A stretch of 64,000 bases of DNA from the NCBI GenBank assembly GCA_963692905.1, contig OY843583.1, positions 1,407,883-1,471,882 of the forward strand, written 5' to 3'. Shown piece after piece: positions 1 to 9,655 of the stretch. The DNA is from Spirochaetia bacterium. Its GTDB lineage: Bacteria; Spirochaetota; Spirochaetia; G963692905. The notes below the pieces were generated by a model. That model worked only from the letters and a program-made list of their open reading frames with translations. It searched no databases and was not told the origin of the DNA. How positions within the stretch are numbered: position 1 is the first letter of the stretch; every line of letters starts with the position of its first letter. The position numbers and the translations under genes are program-made.

Positions 1-1
1 T

Positions 2-1579
2 GTTAACTTTAAGCTAGGGGGGCTCTTGGGGGGAGGTGGATCAGCCCCGCAGCCCAATACCCCAGTGCGCTGGGCCGATACTATTGAGGCTTATCAGCTT
101 GCCGCACAAGAGACTCAACTCAAAATACCGTTGCTTATTGGTAATGATGCGGTGCATGGCGTCGGCAACCTTAAGAATGCTACTATATTCCCTCACCATA
201 TAGGATTAGGCGCCGCGAATGATCCCGCATTGGTAGAGAAAATTGCTACTGCCACAGCTTTGGAGGCGACGGCACTGGGAATTAATTGGAATTACAGTCC
301 GGCAGTCTCAGTACCGCAGGATATCCGCTGGGGCCGTACCTATGAGGGCTTCTCTTCCGATCCAGAAATAGTAAGCGCCTTAGGAGCGGCAGAAATTCGA
401 GGGCTGCATAAAATTAGGGGAATGATAGCCACCGCAAAGCATTTTGTGGCCGACGGCGGCACCTCTCTAGGAAAGGATCGCGGCGATGCTAAATTGGATG
501 ATGCCACATTGCAGTCGCTTCATCTCTCTCCCTACCGATCAGCTATGGAAGCCGGTGTAGAGGTGATTATGGCCTCCTATAGCAGTATTAATGGAGTTAA
601 GATGCACCAACATCGCGAACTCATACAGGATCTGCTAAAAGAGCGCATGGGCTTTGAGGGCTTTGTGGTCTCTGATTGGGAGGCAATCCATGAGCTGACC
701 GGCTCATTGGATGAACGGGTAGCGCTGGCCATTAATGCCGGAGTGGACATGATAATGGAGCCGACAAATTATCAACAATTAGCCTTTGCGCTGCAACGGC
801 AGGTAGCTACGGGTGCCATAAGTCAGGCACGTCTTAATGAGGCGGTATTGCGTATTCTTAGGGTAAAGTTCCGTGCTGCTCTCTTTGAATCAACCGAGGC
901 GCGTCGCGAAAATGTAGCGTTAATACGCTCCGAATCGCACCTAGAATTGGCACGTGAAGCAGCCCGCCGCTCAGTAGTATTGCTCAAAAACAATAATGCG
1001 GTAGTACCCTTTGGGTCAGCAGTGCGCTCCATTCTATTGCTAGGTGATCATGCTGACGATATTGGAGCGCAAAGCGGGGGATGGACTATTAAATGGCAAG
1101 GTAATCGAGGAGCTATTACTGCCGGCAGCAGCATTTTAGATGGATTTCACTCACGGGGCAAGGGTACACAGATAGACTATGCACCAGATATTGAAGCGCT
1201 TAATGCCATTGAAAATACTCATGATGTAATTGTGGTGGTAGTTGGCGAGAATCCCTATGCTGAGGGAGTGGGAGACAGCGTTTTCCCGGTGCTCTCTGCT
1301 CCTCATCTAAGACTGGTGCAGGCCGCCAAAGAGCGGGAGGTTCCAGTAATTACCCTGATTATTAGCGGTCGTCCTTTGATATTAAGAGAGAGCGAAGAGT
1401 TAAGTGATGCTATTGTGGCGGCGTGGCTCCCCGGCAGTGAGGGAGGTGATGCGATTGCGCAGCTCCTGTGGGGTGATTATCCATTTCAAGCTCGTCTGCC
1501 CTATCAATGGCCGGCCAATCGGCGCTCCTTTCGCCACGGAGGAGGAGAACCACTCTATCCACGAGGATATGGATTATAG
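2..1579 (+). CDS. Glycoside hydrolase family 3 (BglX-like beta-glucosidase); 5' end runs off the window
   Basis: Frame is open to the window edge. GH3 signatures IPLLIGNDAVHG, KHFVADGG and FVVSDWEA are present, with the C-terminal GH3 domain. Confidence 0.85.
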   Translation, partial: VNFKLGGLLGGGGSAPQPNTPVRWADTIEAYQLAAQETQLKIPLLIGNDAVHGVGNLKNATIFPHHIGLGAANDPALVEKIATATALEATALGINWNYSPAVSVPQDIRWGRTYEGFSSDPEIVSALGAAEIRGLHKIRGMIATAKHFVADGGTSLGKDRGDAKLDDATLQSLHLSPYRSAMEAGVEVIMASYSSINGVKMHQHRELIQDLLKERMGFEGFVVSDWEAIHELTGSLDERVALAINAGVDMIMEPTNYQQLAFALQRQVATGAISQARLNEAVLRILRVKFRAALFESTEARRENVALIRSESHLELAREAARRSVVLLKNNNAVVPFGSAVRSILLLGDHADDIGAQSGGWTIKWQGNRGAITAGSSILDGFHSRGKGTQIDYAPDIEALNAIENTHDVIVVVVGENPYAEGVGDSVFPVLSAPHLRLVQAAKEREVPVITLIISGRPLILRESEELSDAIVAAWLPGSEGGDAIAQLLWGDYPFQARLPYQWPANRRSFRHGGGEPLYPRGYGL

Positions 1580-1697
1580 AAGGTAGGCGGTAGGAATATT
1601 GTGATATAACACCAATTGTAGAATTAGAAAAATATGGAATAAGGATAGAAAAAAATGAAAATAGAAAAAATGAAAATAGAAAAAATGGAGGAATAAT

Positions 1698-2375
1698 ATG
1701 AAAAGGTTAATAATAGTATTCATCCTGCTGCTGATTGGCGGTATGGTGATAGCCCAAGAGGGGCAGGTATATTGGTTAGAAAATGTCAAGATTGATGGAG
1801 AATTTGCGGAATGGAAGGGCTTAAAACCCATGGTGACCAAGAATTCTCTCTATGGAGAGCATAAACCGAGAGATGCTGAAGGCGAGTTTGTACTAGCAAC
1901 AGATGGGGCCAATCTCTTTATCTATGTGGATGTTAAGGATGACACTCCGCGAGTGAATACCTTCCATAATTCGCTGGCATGGAAGGGTGACTCGGTTGAG
2001 ATCTATTTTGGCACGGTGAGCCGCTACCATGAGGACTACGAGGAGGGCGATGTGCAGTTGCGGCTGGTCCCTCGTTCCGCGGAGGATCCCTTTGAGAACG
2101 ATTTCTACGTTAGTTATGATTTTTTTGGAGGGGGTACTGATGTGTTTGGTGAGGCAGCAGTGGTTATTAGTCGCCGCGGCTACACTATAGAGGCTTCGGT
2201 TCCTTTAGAGGAGTTAAGCAATCCTAATATCTCTGTGGGAAAGATGACTCGCTGTGAATTTCAGGTCAATGATGCCGACAAAATCGAACGAGATCGGCTG
2301 TTGCGCTGGTCTTCTGAGGAAGATGACTATTATACCCCCGCAAATTGGGGTCGTTGTCCAGTAGTGAGACCTTAG
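1698..2375 (+). CDS. Secreted carbohydrate-binding protein (CBM9/DOMON-like)
   Basis: N-terminal signal peptide MKRLIIVFILLLIGGMVIA. Aromatic-rich beta-sandwich style sequence (EWKGLKP, LAWKGDSVEIYFG). Sits between two glycosidase genes. Confidence 0.5.
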   Translation: MKRLIIVFILLLIGGMVIAQEGQVYWLENVKIDGEFAEWKGLKPMVTKNSLYGEHKPRDAEGEFVLATDGANLFIYVDVKDDTPRVNTFHNSLAWKGDSVEIYFGTVSRYHEDYEEGDVQLRLVPRSAEDPFENDFYVSYDFFGGGTDVFGEAAVVISRRGYTIEASVPLEELSNPNISVGKMTRCEFQVNDADKIERDRLLRWSSEEDDYYTPANWGRCPVVRP

Positions 2376-2395
2376 AACGGGCTCATAATTAAGAA

Positions 2396-5300
2396 ATGAA
2401 AATAATTAATAGACGGAATTTCTTTCTTCTGCTTTTTACCATAGCGGGCATCTTTATAGCGCAATTCCTGCATGCCGATCTTCCTTACACGGTTACCTTA
2501 GAGAAGGAGAGCGCCGGTTGGATACTACGGGTAGATGGCGAACCGCTTCCCGTCAATGGGGTGGTATGGTCATTCACCCCTATTGGAGAAAACTATAACT
2601 ACAATCTTTGGGAGCAGGATGAGAGATATATTCGACGGGTAATTGATACCGATGCTAGATTGATGCAGGAGATGGGAGTAACGGCAGTTCGTCTCTTTAC
2701 TACCATTCCGCCTAAATGGGTAACCTATCTCTATCGGAGGTATGGCATCTATACCATTGTTAACGATCTTATGGCGCGATATGGCTACAGTGTAGATGGC
2801 CGCTGGTATCCCAACACCGATTATTCGTTGCCTCGCTTACGAGAATTGGTACTTGAGGATGCCCGTAACACCATTGAGATCTTTAAGGATGTGCCGGGGG
2901 TACTGGCCTTCATTTACGGCAATGAAAATAATTATGGCCTACAATGGAAGAGCAACGAAATTGAAGACTTGCCAGTTGGCGAACGTGCCCAAACCCGTGC
3001 TCGATATTTGTACAGTCTCTTTGGGGAGGTAGTCGATCTCTCTAAAGAGCTTACCGATCTACCAATTGGCATAGTAAATGGTGACACCCAATATCTCACC
3101 ATAATTGCCGAGGAGGTTCCTAATTTGGATATTTTCGGTATCAATATCTATCGTGGCGCCCGAGCCGAGTCGATTCTCTTCGAGAGCGTGGCAGAAACAT
3201 TGGATAAACCTATTCTCTATACGGAATTTGGCGCCGATTCCTGGAATGCCGCCGTGCAAGAGGAGGATGGCTATAATCAAGCCCGTTTTCTTAAGAGTCA
3301 ATGGCGCGAGATATATGAACAGGCCTATGGCAAAGGGAAATCGCAGAATATTATTGGCGGTCTTATCTTCCAATGGATGGATGAATGGTGGAAATATGGA
3401 TTAGAGTCTGATCTATTTGTACATAACACCGAAGGCACATGGCGTCAACCAGCCTACTACGATGGCGCGGGCGGTCGAGATAATAACATGAATGAAGAAT
3501 GGTGGGGTGTTATTGCCCAGAGTCCCGAAAAACAGGATGGCATTAATCGACGCATACCACGCCCCGCCTTTTACACTATGGCTGAGATCTGGGAGCAAAG
3601 TCTCTATGAGGTGGGCACCAATGCCGAGGTGGCGCAACATTTTGATGCCATCAGCATTGAGGCGCAGGTTGCGCGCGCCGATAGCGTTGCTATTCGTCAT
3701 CAACTGAGCAACGACTTGATTCAGTTAAGTGGCGGCCTCTTTTTGGGGGCGCGTGGCCATTTTTCGGATGAGATTGATCAGATTCAATATGATGCGGTAG
3801 ATTTTAGCTATACCGGGAATACCCTGTTGAATATAGGGGTTAATGCCGCTGAAGATTTTGAGGGAGTGGTAACCCTCCGAGCACAGCTAGGAGCCTTGGA
3901 TGATGCATTTGCAGATAGCTATTCATATCGTATCAGTGCTCAGGGAGATGGATATGACCGCGATAGACAGGGGCGCTATAGTGGCATTGATCGCCTTCCT
4001 GTGGAGCTATATAGTGCGGCGCTGCGTTACGATGGCGATCTCTTTCGATTAGAGGGCTATTACCATGATGGTATTACCCTGCCGGGTCACCCCGATATGA
4101 TCTTAGAGGGAGATTTCTTTGGGATCTATCCTGAAACCTTTGATATTGAGGGTCTGGATCTAGATCTATCCAAAGCTCCCTTTGGGGCAGAGCTGGTGGG
4201 GAAACGGGGGGTTCTACAGGGGCTTACCCTCTTTATTGGGCCGGAGATCTACCAGGGCGCTCCTCCAGCCGGCTACATAAAGTATTATCGAGAGCTGATA
4301 GATAATCTCTATTTAGGGCTGCTGCATTATGAAGAATTTCGTAAACGCTATATAGAGCTCCAGAACTACGATTCAGGCGGAGCCCTTCGCTCTGTGAGCG
4401 CAGCTGACCAACCGGAGCTTTTTCCCGAGCGAAAAAGCTCTCTCTATCTAGCCTATACCGTTCCTGATCTGGGACCGCTTAGCCTAACCATCGAGGGAGG
4501 GGCGCTGATGGCCGGCACCGAAGATCTAGGGAGAGAGTACATCTCCTCAGATGGAACAACCAATACCATTAACATTGCCGATACCCTAAGCGGTAAGGGG
4601 AGACTTACCTTTAATTTTGATACCACTCCAGTCTTTAATATTGTTGCCGAGTACACCTACGCCGGACGGGTAGCTAATGGACGTGCCTTTATCCCACGCG
4701 CCGGCAGCCAGATCACTGAGGCCGGAGGCGCCAATCGTCACGAGGTGGTAGCCTCCGGAAATATATATATTGGCGATTTTGTTATCTCCCCTAAATTTCG
4801 GTGGCGAACCCCAGTAGATGGCCCCATAACTAGCGGTACCCTGCGCAATCCGCTTACCTCTCCCTTCTTTGTTTGGGGTGAAAATCGGGGACTGATGCAG
4901 GCTGAGCTACTCCTGACCTATGATCAGACTGGTGCCACCTGGTTTTATGAATGGAACAATGACGATCGAGAGAATGCAGACTTTGCCATCTCCTTGGGGG
5001 CGCTATACACCATCTATCAGGATATTACCGATCCGGGCTATTCGCTCTTTAACGATGCAGCCTTTTATGGATATGGCGCGTGGCCTAGGGGTATGCCTAG
5101 AGCTGAAAATCTATTTCGTATTCGAGGCCGGGTGGTAAGCAACTTTGCGCCCCAAATGAAGATAATAGCTAGCATTGAGGGGGGAATGGATCAGAACCTA
5201 GGTAATCCCAATCTGCCACTAGAATACAACGCCAGTGGAGATATTGATCTAAAGCTGGGGCAGCTTCAGGTTGGTATGGGACTAGACTGGAATGTATGGG

Positions 5301-5533
5301 GCCCGGAGGACTGGCACTACGAGTTTGGTATTAACATTCCGTGGCAATGGCAATTGCTCATTGCCTACCATTTCGGTAACTTCTCCTTTATAGAGCCTGA
5401 GAATAGAATAGGGCTAGAGTTGGAGGGTCGGTGGTTTGAGGGAGCTAGAGAGGTGCAACCTATTAACCCCCTCGGAAGCGCTACTGATAGATTTCGACTC
5501 TCACTAACCCTCTTTTACGAATTGAATTATTAG
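2396..5533 (+). CDS. Exported clan GH-A TIM-barrel glycosidase (GH2/GH5-like) fused to a roughly 600-aa beta-rich C-terminal domain
   Basis: Signal peptide present. Acid/base-like YGNENNYG and nucleophile-like LYTEFGADSW motifs. C-terminal half is Gly/Tyr/aromatic-rich and ends in FYELNY. Confidence 0.55.
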   Translation: MKIINRRNFFLLLFTIAGIFIAQFLHADLPYTVTLEKESAGWILRVDGEPLPVNGVVWSFTPIGENYNYNLWEQDERYIRRVIDTDARLMQEMGVTAVRLFTTIPPKWVTYLYRRYGIYTIVNDLMARYGYSVDGRWYPNTDYSLPRLRELVLEDARNTIEIFKDVPGVLAFIYGNENNYGLQWKSNEIEDLPVGERAQTRARYLYSLFGEVVDLSKELTDLPIGIVNGDTQYLTIIAEEVPNLDIFGINIYRGARAESILFESVAETLDKPILYTEFGADSWNAAVQEEDGYNQARFLKSQWREIYEQAYGKGKSQNIIGGLIFQWMDEWWKYGLESDLFVHNTEGTWRQPAYYDGAGGRDNNMNEEWWGVIAQSPEKQDGINRRIPRPAFYTMAEIWEQSLYEVGTNAEVAQHFDAISIEAQVARADSVAIRHQLSNDLIQLSGGLFLGARGHFSDEIDQIQYDAVDFSYTGNTLLNIGVNAAEDFEGVVTLRAQLGALDDAFADSYSYRISAQGDGYDRDRQGRYSGIDRLPVELYSAALRYDGDLFRLEGYYHDGITLPGHPDMILEGDFFGIYPETFDIEGLDLDLSKAPFGAELVGKRGVLQGLTLFIGPEIYQGAPPAGYIKYYRELIDNLYLGLLHYEEFRKRYIELQNYDSGGALRSVSAADQPELFPERKSSLYLAYTVPDLGPLSLTIEGGALMAGTEDLGREYISSDGTTNTINIADTLSGKGRLTFNFDTTPVFNIVAEYTYAGRVANGRAFIPRAGSQITEAGGANRHEVVASGNIYIGDFVISPKFRWRTPVDGPITSGTLRNPLTSPFFVWGENRGLMQAELLLTYDQTGATWFYEWNNDDRENADFAISLGALYTIYQDITDPGYSLFNDAAFYGYGAWPRGMPRAENLFRIRGRVVSNFAPQMKIIASIEGGMDQNLGNPNLPLEYNASGDIDLKLGQLQVGMGLDWNVWGPEDWHYEFGINIPWQWQLLIAYHFGNFSFIEPENRIGLELEGRWFEGAREVQPINPLGSATDRFRLSLTLFYELNY

Positions 5534-5666
5534 AGGTTGCTCTTATAGCAAGGGCACTCTATTAATCGCTGGCAGCTGTAGAAATAACAGCCCATTTGTA
5601 ACATTGCTAGCGCTGAGGCTTGTGGCACTTGAAGAAGCCCCTCTAACTAGATAGTATATCATTGTA

Positions 5667-7079
5667 ATGGCGCAAAATTTTGATATAGCGGTAATTGGCG
5701 CCGGACCGGGCGGCTATGTGTCAGCGATTCGCGCTGCGCAACTAGGAAAACGGGTGGCGCTGATTGAGAAGCGCTCAGTATTGGGAGGTACCTGTCTTAA
5801 TATTGGATGCATCCCCTCCAAAGTATTGCTGGACTCCAGTGAGTTTTATAGCAAAAGTAGCCATGAGGCTGCCACGCATGGCATCCTCTTTCGAGAGCTA
5901 CGCTTTGATCTACGCACCATGATGAAGCGCAAGAGAGAGGTAGTAACCAGACTTACCAGCGGGCTTAATGATATTATACAGCATAATAAAATTAGCCCCT
6001 TTCAGGGGCATGCTACCCTTACCGGGCAGCAGGGGGTGCAGATTCAAGGACGTCAAAAATCTGAGACCATCCATGCTTCTCATATTATTGTAGCCACCGG
6101 CAGTGTGCCGCAAGCGCTTCCCTCTCTCCCCTTTGATGGTCGCACCATTGTTAGCTCAACTGAGGCCTTAGAATTTAGAGAGGTACCCCCGCGACTATTG
6201 GTGGTAGGGGGAGGCGCTATCGGATTGGAATTGGGTAGCGTATGGCTACGATTGGGTTCGCAGGTAATGCTCTGTGAATTGCAGGATCATATACTGCCTA
6301 CCGGTGATCAACAGATCTCACGCACCTTACGACGCCTACTGGAGATGCAGGGCATGCGCTTTATGCTCTCCACCTCGCTGAAGGAGATAGCGAGGCGCGC
6401 CGATGCGCTGGAGGTTACGCTTCAGAGCGCTGACCAAGAGCCACAGAAGCTAATGGTTGATGTGGTACTGGTAGCGGTGGGTCGCCGTCCATATACTGAG
6501 GGATTAGGACTGGATCGTCTTAATAAGAATGGGTATGACGAGCGGGGGGGCATTCGCGTGGCCCATCATTTTAAGAGCGCTATAGATGGGATATATGCCA
6601 TTGGTGATGTCATCCCGGGGCCTATGTTGGCCCATAAGGCCGAAGAGGATGGGGTGGCAGTAGCCGAGCAGATTGCCTCTGGGAGTGGACATGTGAACTA
6701 TAATACTGTGCCCAATGTAGTGTACACCTGGCCTGAGGTAGCTAGCGTTGGCGAGAGCGAGGGGCAGCTTAAGGCACGAGGGGTAGCTTACCGGGTAGGC
6801 CGGTTTCCCTTTACCGCGAATGGACGGGCGCTGGCGATGAATGCCGAGCTAGGTTTTGCAAAGATTTTAGCCAGTTCCGAAGATGACAGAATTTTAGGAG
6901 CTCACATTGTTGGGCCATGGGCTTCGGCGCTTATCTCCGAGGTGGTGACGGTGATGGAGTTTGAGGGTTGCGCCGAGGATCTGGCGCGTATTGTGCATGC
7001 TCACCCCACTTTGACTGAGGCTACCCGAGAGGCAGCCCTTAATATTGAGCGAAGAGCCTTGCATCTTGCTACCCAATAG
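5667..7079 (+). CDS. lpdA: Dihydrolipoyl dehydrogenase (E3)
   Basis: FAD motif VIGAGPGGY, redox-active GGTCLNIGCIPSK, C-terminal HAHPTLTE interface motif. Confidence 0.92.
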   Translation: MAQNFDIAVIGAGPGGYVSAIRAAQLGKRVALIEKRSVLGGTCLNIGCIPSKVLLDSSEFYSKSSHEAATHGILFRELRFDLRTMMKRKREVVTRLTSGLNDIIQHNKISPFQGHATLTGQQGVQIQGRQKSETIHASHIIVATGSVPQALPSLPFDGRTIVSSTEALEFREVPPRLLVVGGGAIGLELGSVWLRLGSQVMLCELQDHILPTGDQQISRTLRRLLEMQGMRFMLSTSLKEIARRADALEVTLQSADQEPQKLMVDVVLVAVGRRPYTEGLGLDRLNKNGYDERGGIRVAHHFKSAIDGIYAIGDVIPGPMLAHKAEEDGVAVAEQIASGSGHVNYNTVPNVVYTWPEVASVGESEGQLKARGVAYRVGRFPFTANGRALAMNAELGFAKILASSEDDRILGAHIVGPWASALISEVVTVMEFEGCAEDLARIVHAHPTLTEATREAALNIERRALHLATQ

Positions 7080-7093
7080 AGTACAATTACATA

Positions 7094-8248
7094 ATGTCTT
7101 TTTCAGAAGCATCGAGTGGACAGCAATATGCCCGTGGGCTTGAGGGCGTCGTTGCTACCGAGAGTAGTATCTGCAAGATTGATGGACAGCAGGGCCAGCT
7201 CTACTATCGAGGCTACTCAATTGAAGATCTAGCAGATCAGCATAGCTTCGAGGGGGTAACCCATCTTTTATTGAAGGGCTCTCTCCCCAATAATCAGACA
7301 TTACAGCAATTTAGCCGCCAGTTACGCGCCGAGCGGGCGCTACCCGAAGCGGTGGTAGAGATGCTACGCCGTTATCCCTCTGCGGTACACCCCATGGAGG
7401 TATTACAGTCTATTATTCCCTATATTGGCGCCCTACGGCGGGAAGAGGGGCGGGCCATTGATCTCTCCTGCGAGAATAGCTACCATCTGGTGGCACAGTT
7501 TGCCACACTGGTGGCCTATCTGCATCGTATTCGCACCGGGCAGCCAATTATTGAGCCGGATAATAGTCTTTCGCATGGGGCCAATTTTCTCTACATGCTA
7601 CATGGTAAGCCACCTAGCAAGTTGGCTGGCACGGCCATGGATGTAGCCCTTACCCTGCATGCCGAGCACAGCCTTAATGCCTCTACCTTTACCGCCCGAG
7701 TAGTGGCCTCCACGCTGGCCAACTGTTATAGCAGCGTCTCAGCTGCTATAGGCGCCCTCTACGGTCCGCTCCATGGAGGAGCGAATGAGCAGGTATTGCA
7801 GATGGTACAGAAGATAGCCAAACCGGCCGCTGCCGCAGATTGGGTTAAGCAGGCATTGGCCAAGAAAGAGAAGATAATGGGCATGGGGCATCGAGTCTAC
7901 AAGGCTACCGATCCACGAGCAGTAGCTATTGAAAGGCTTCTGCAAGAGCTATCGCAATCGTTACCCCATCATAATGATTACCCTATTCTTAAGGTGGTTC
8001 AAGAGACGGTACGTGATTACATGCGGGAGCGCAATAAACCTATCTATCCCAATGTGGATTTCTTTTCGGGCGCGGTCTATAATATGCTCTCAATACCGGC
8101 AAACCTCTTCACGCCTATATTTGCAGCGGCGCGCATTGCCGGTTGGGCTGCCCATATTGCCGAGCAATATGCTAATAATCGTATCTATCGCCCGCGGGCT
8201 CTCTACACCGGCCCGCCGCCTACCCCATTAGGGACAAGACAATCTTAG
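7094..8248 (+). CDS. gltA: Citrate synthase (short, about 380-aa type)
   Basis: Citrate synthase motifs LHAEHSLNAST, GPLHGGANE and GMGHRVYK. Confidence 0.9.
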   Translation: MSFSEASSGQQYARGLEGVVATESSICKIDGQQGQLYYRGYSIEDLADQHSFEGVTHLLLKGSLPNNQTLQQFSRQLRAERALPEAVVEMLRRYPSAVHPMEVLQSIIPYIGALRREEGRAIDLSCENSYHLVAQFATLVAYLHRIRTGQPIIEPDNSLSHGANFLYMLHGKPPSKLAGTAMDVALTLHAEHSLNASTFTARVVASTLANCYSSVSAAIGALYGPLHGGANEQVLQMVQKIAKPAAAADWVKQALAKKEKIMGMGHRVYKATDPRAVAIERLLQELSQSLPHHNDYPILKVVQETVRDYMRERNKPIYPNVDFFSGAVYNMLSIPANLFTPIFAAARIAGWAAHIAEQYANNRIYRPRALYTGPPPTPLGTRQS

Positions 8249-8790
8249 GAGAGGGGCTCCCATTCCCGCAGGCTGCGCGGCGCCCCAAGTATTTCAGCAA
8301 AAAGAACCGCTCTCTGTAACTCATGGTAGGAGTTTGCCTCCGGAAAAAATGGCCGAGGCTTCATTATTGGCTTATCTCTATCGTAGACTTGGTTTTGTTC
8401 ATTATCCCGGATGGCCATCTCTTCCGCTAGAGTAGAGGAAAACGTTGGTCTCTCTTCTAAAGGCACCGACTCCTCTGAAGATTCGCTCTCGGCGTTGACT
8501 GAGGGAGGCTGAGGCTCTTCCGGCGGTAGATCAACCGTCTCCTGTTCCCTTACACGATACATATTCCGTACACGTAGCATGGTCTCATTCTCCCAAGGCA
8601 GAGGGCTATGCCAGGGTCGCCGGCGCTCTCTCTCCTCTGGGCGATTTTCTGGATTCGGTTTGCTCTCCGAGGCGTTGCGGCTAGGCGCGGCTTGCGCTCT
8701 TCTATTCCGATTACGTAGTCGACTCAGAAGAATCAGCAGTGGAACCAACCCAAAGAAAACACTTAATATTCCTTGAATAATTTCTCTCAT
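8245..8790 (-). CDS. Hypothetical membrane-anchored, highly charged protein
   Basis: Single N-terminal TM helix followed by an Arg/Glu/Pro-rich low-complexity region. 4-nt overlap with the convergent gltA stop. Confidence 0.4.
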   Translation of the reverse strand: MREIIQGILSVFFGLVPLLILLSRLRNRNRRAQAAPSRNASESKPNPENRPEERERRRPWHSPLPWENETMLRVRNMYRVREQETVDLPPEEPQPPSVNAESESSEESVPLEERPTFSSTLAEEMAIRDNEQNQVYDRDKPIMKPRPFFPEANSYHELQRAVLFAEILGAPRSLREWEPLS

Positions 8791-8940
8791 AGCGGTTGGT
8801 TACAACTATAATATGAATATGACCTCCTTGGCAATAGGAGGCAGGCTATTACCTGAAATAAAGGCAAAATAGTGACCGACCGGTAGCCGGCAGGATCTCT
8901 GACATAAAGCAGAGGGAGGTCGTAACGCTCTGAGGGGTGC

Positions 8941-9426
8941 TAGCGGGAAGCTCGTAGATCAACAGGACGGAGATTATCGCCCATCTCATTGGGGGTAACA
9001 CCTCGATTATTGGTATCGCCCTGACCTAGTTGGCCAAAAACGTTACTTCCCCAACACTTGACGGTTATATTATCCAACAGGGCACAGCTGTGATGTTAGG
9101 CAGCTACTATCTGGATGACCGTTCGACCGCTTCCTAAATTAATAGCCGGGAGATTGGCACCTAGTTCATTGAGGGCATCGCCTTGATCTTCAGTATTTCC
9201 CAGACCTAGCTGCCCTGAACTGTTCCTCCCCCCAGCACTGCAGGCTGTTGTCACTCAATCGCGCGCAGTTGTGATTATTGTCAGCCACGATTTGCGCGAT
9301 TGAGGCCGGAAGCCCTCCACCAGGACCCGGGGCAGCCGGGCAGGCTACCGATATTACCCCAACCACCACAGTGGCCAGCAGGGCACTCAGACGCACCTTC
9401 AAAGTACAAATGCTATCTCTTAACAT
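8941..9426 (-). pseudogene. Degraded RCC1-repeat lipoprotein gene (one frameshift plus one in-frame TAA)
   Basis: Lipobox VISVAC, then an RCC1 blade (HNCARLSDNSLQCWG). The frame breaks at the G6 run near 9225-9232. In the shifted frame it reads SSGQLGLGNTEDQGD...[13 protein letters not shown]...[15 protein letters not shown]...[16 protein letters not shown], matching the end of the 23744 gene. TAA lies at 9096-9098. Confidence 0.7.
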
Positions 9427-9655
9427 TACAATTTCTTTCTCTCCTTAAGATTTATGGAACTCATACTTGCAAGGTGTCTATAAATATAGGCTCTGCCAAG
9501 GAAAATGATGAACTTCTCAAATTTAAAAACGTTGAGAGGGAAATTCAAACTCTCTCCCTAACCTATTTTCAGTGTTATCAAAGAGCGCGGGAAACGGAGA
9601 GAAGTCAGGAAGAATCTTTGATTCCCGTAGATTTTGTAATTCTTTTGGCAACAAC

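Noticed and set aside
5123-5142. 11-nt match (AGGCCGGGTGG) to the island repeat core, inside the GH-A gene
   Set aside because: It lies in coding sequence, has no flanking similarity and is compatible with chance.
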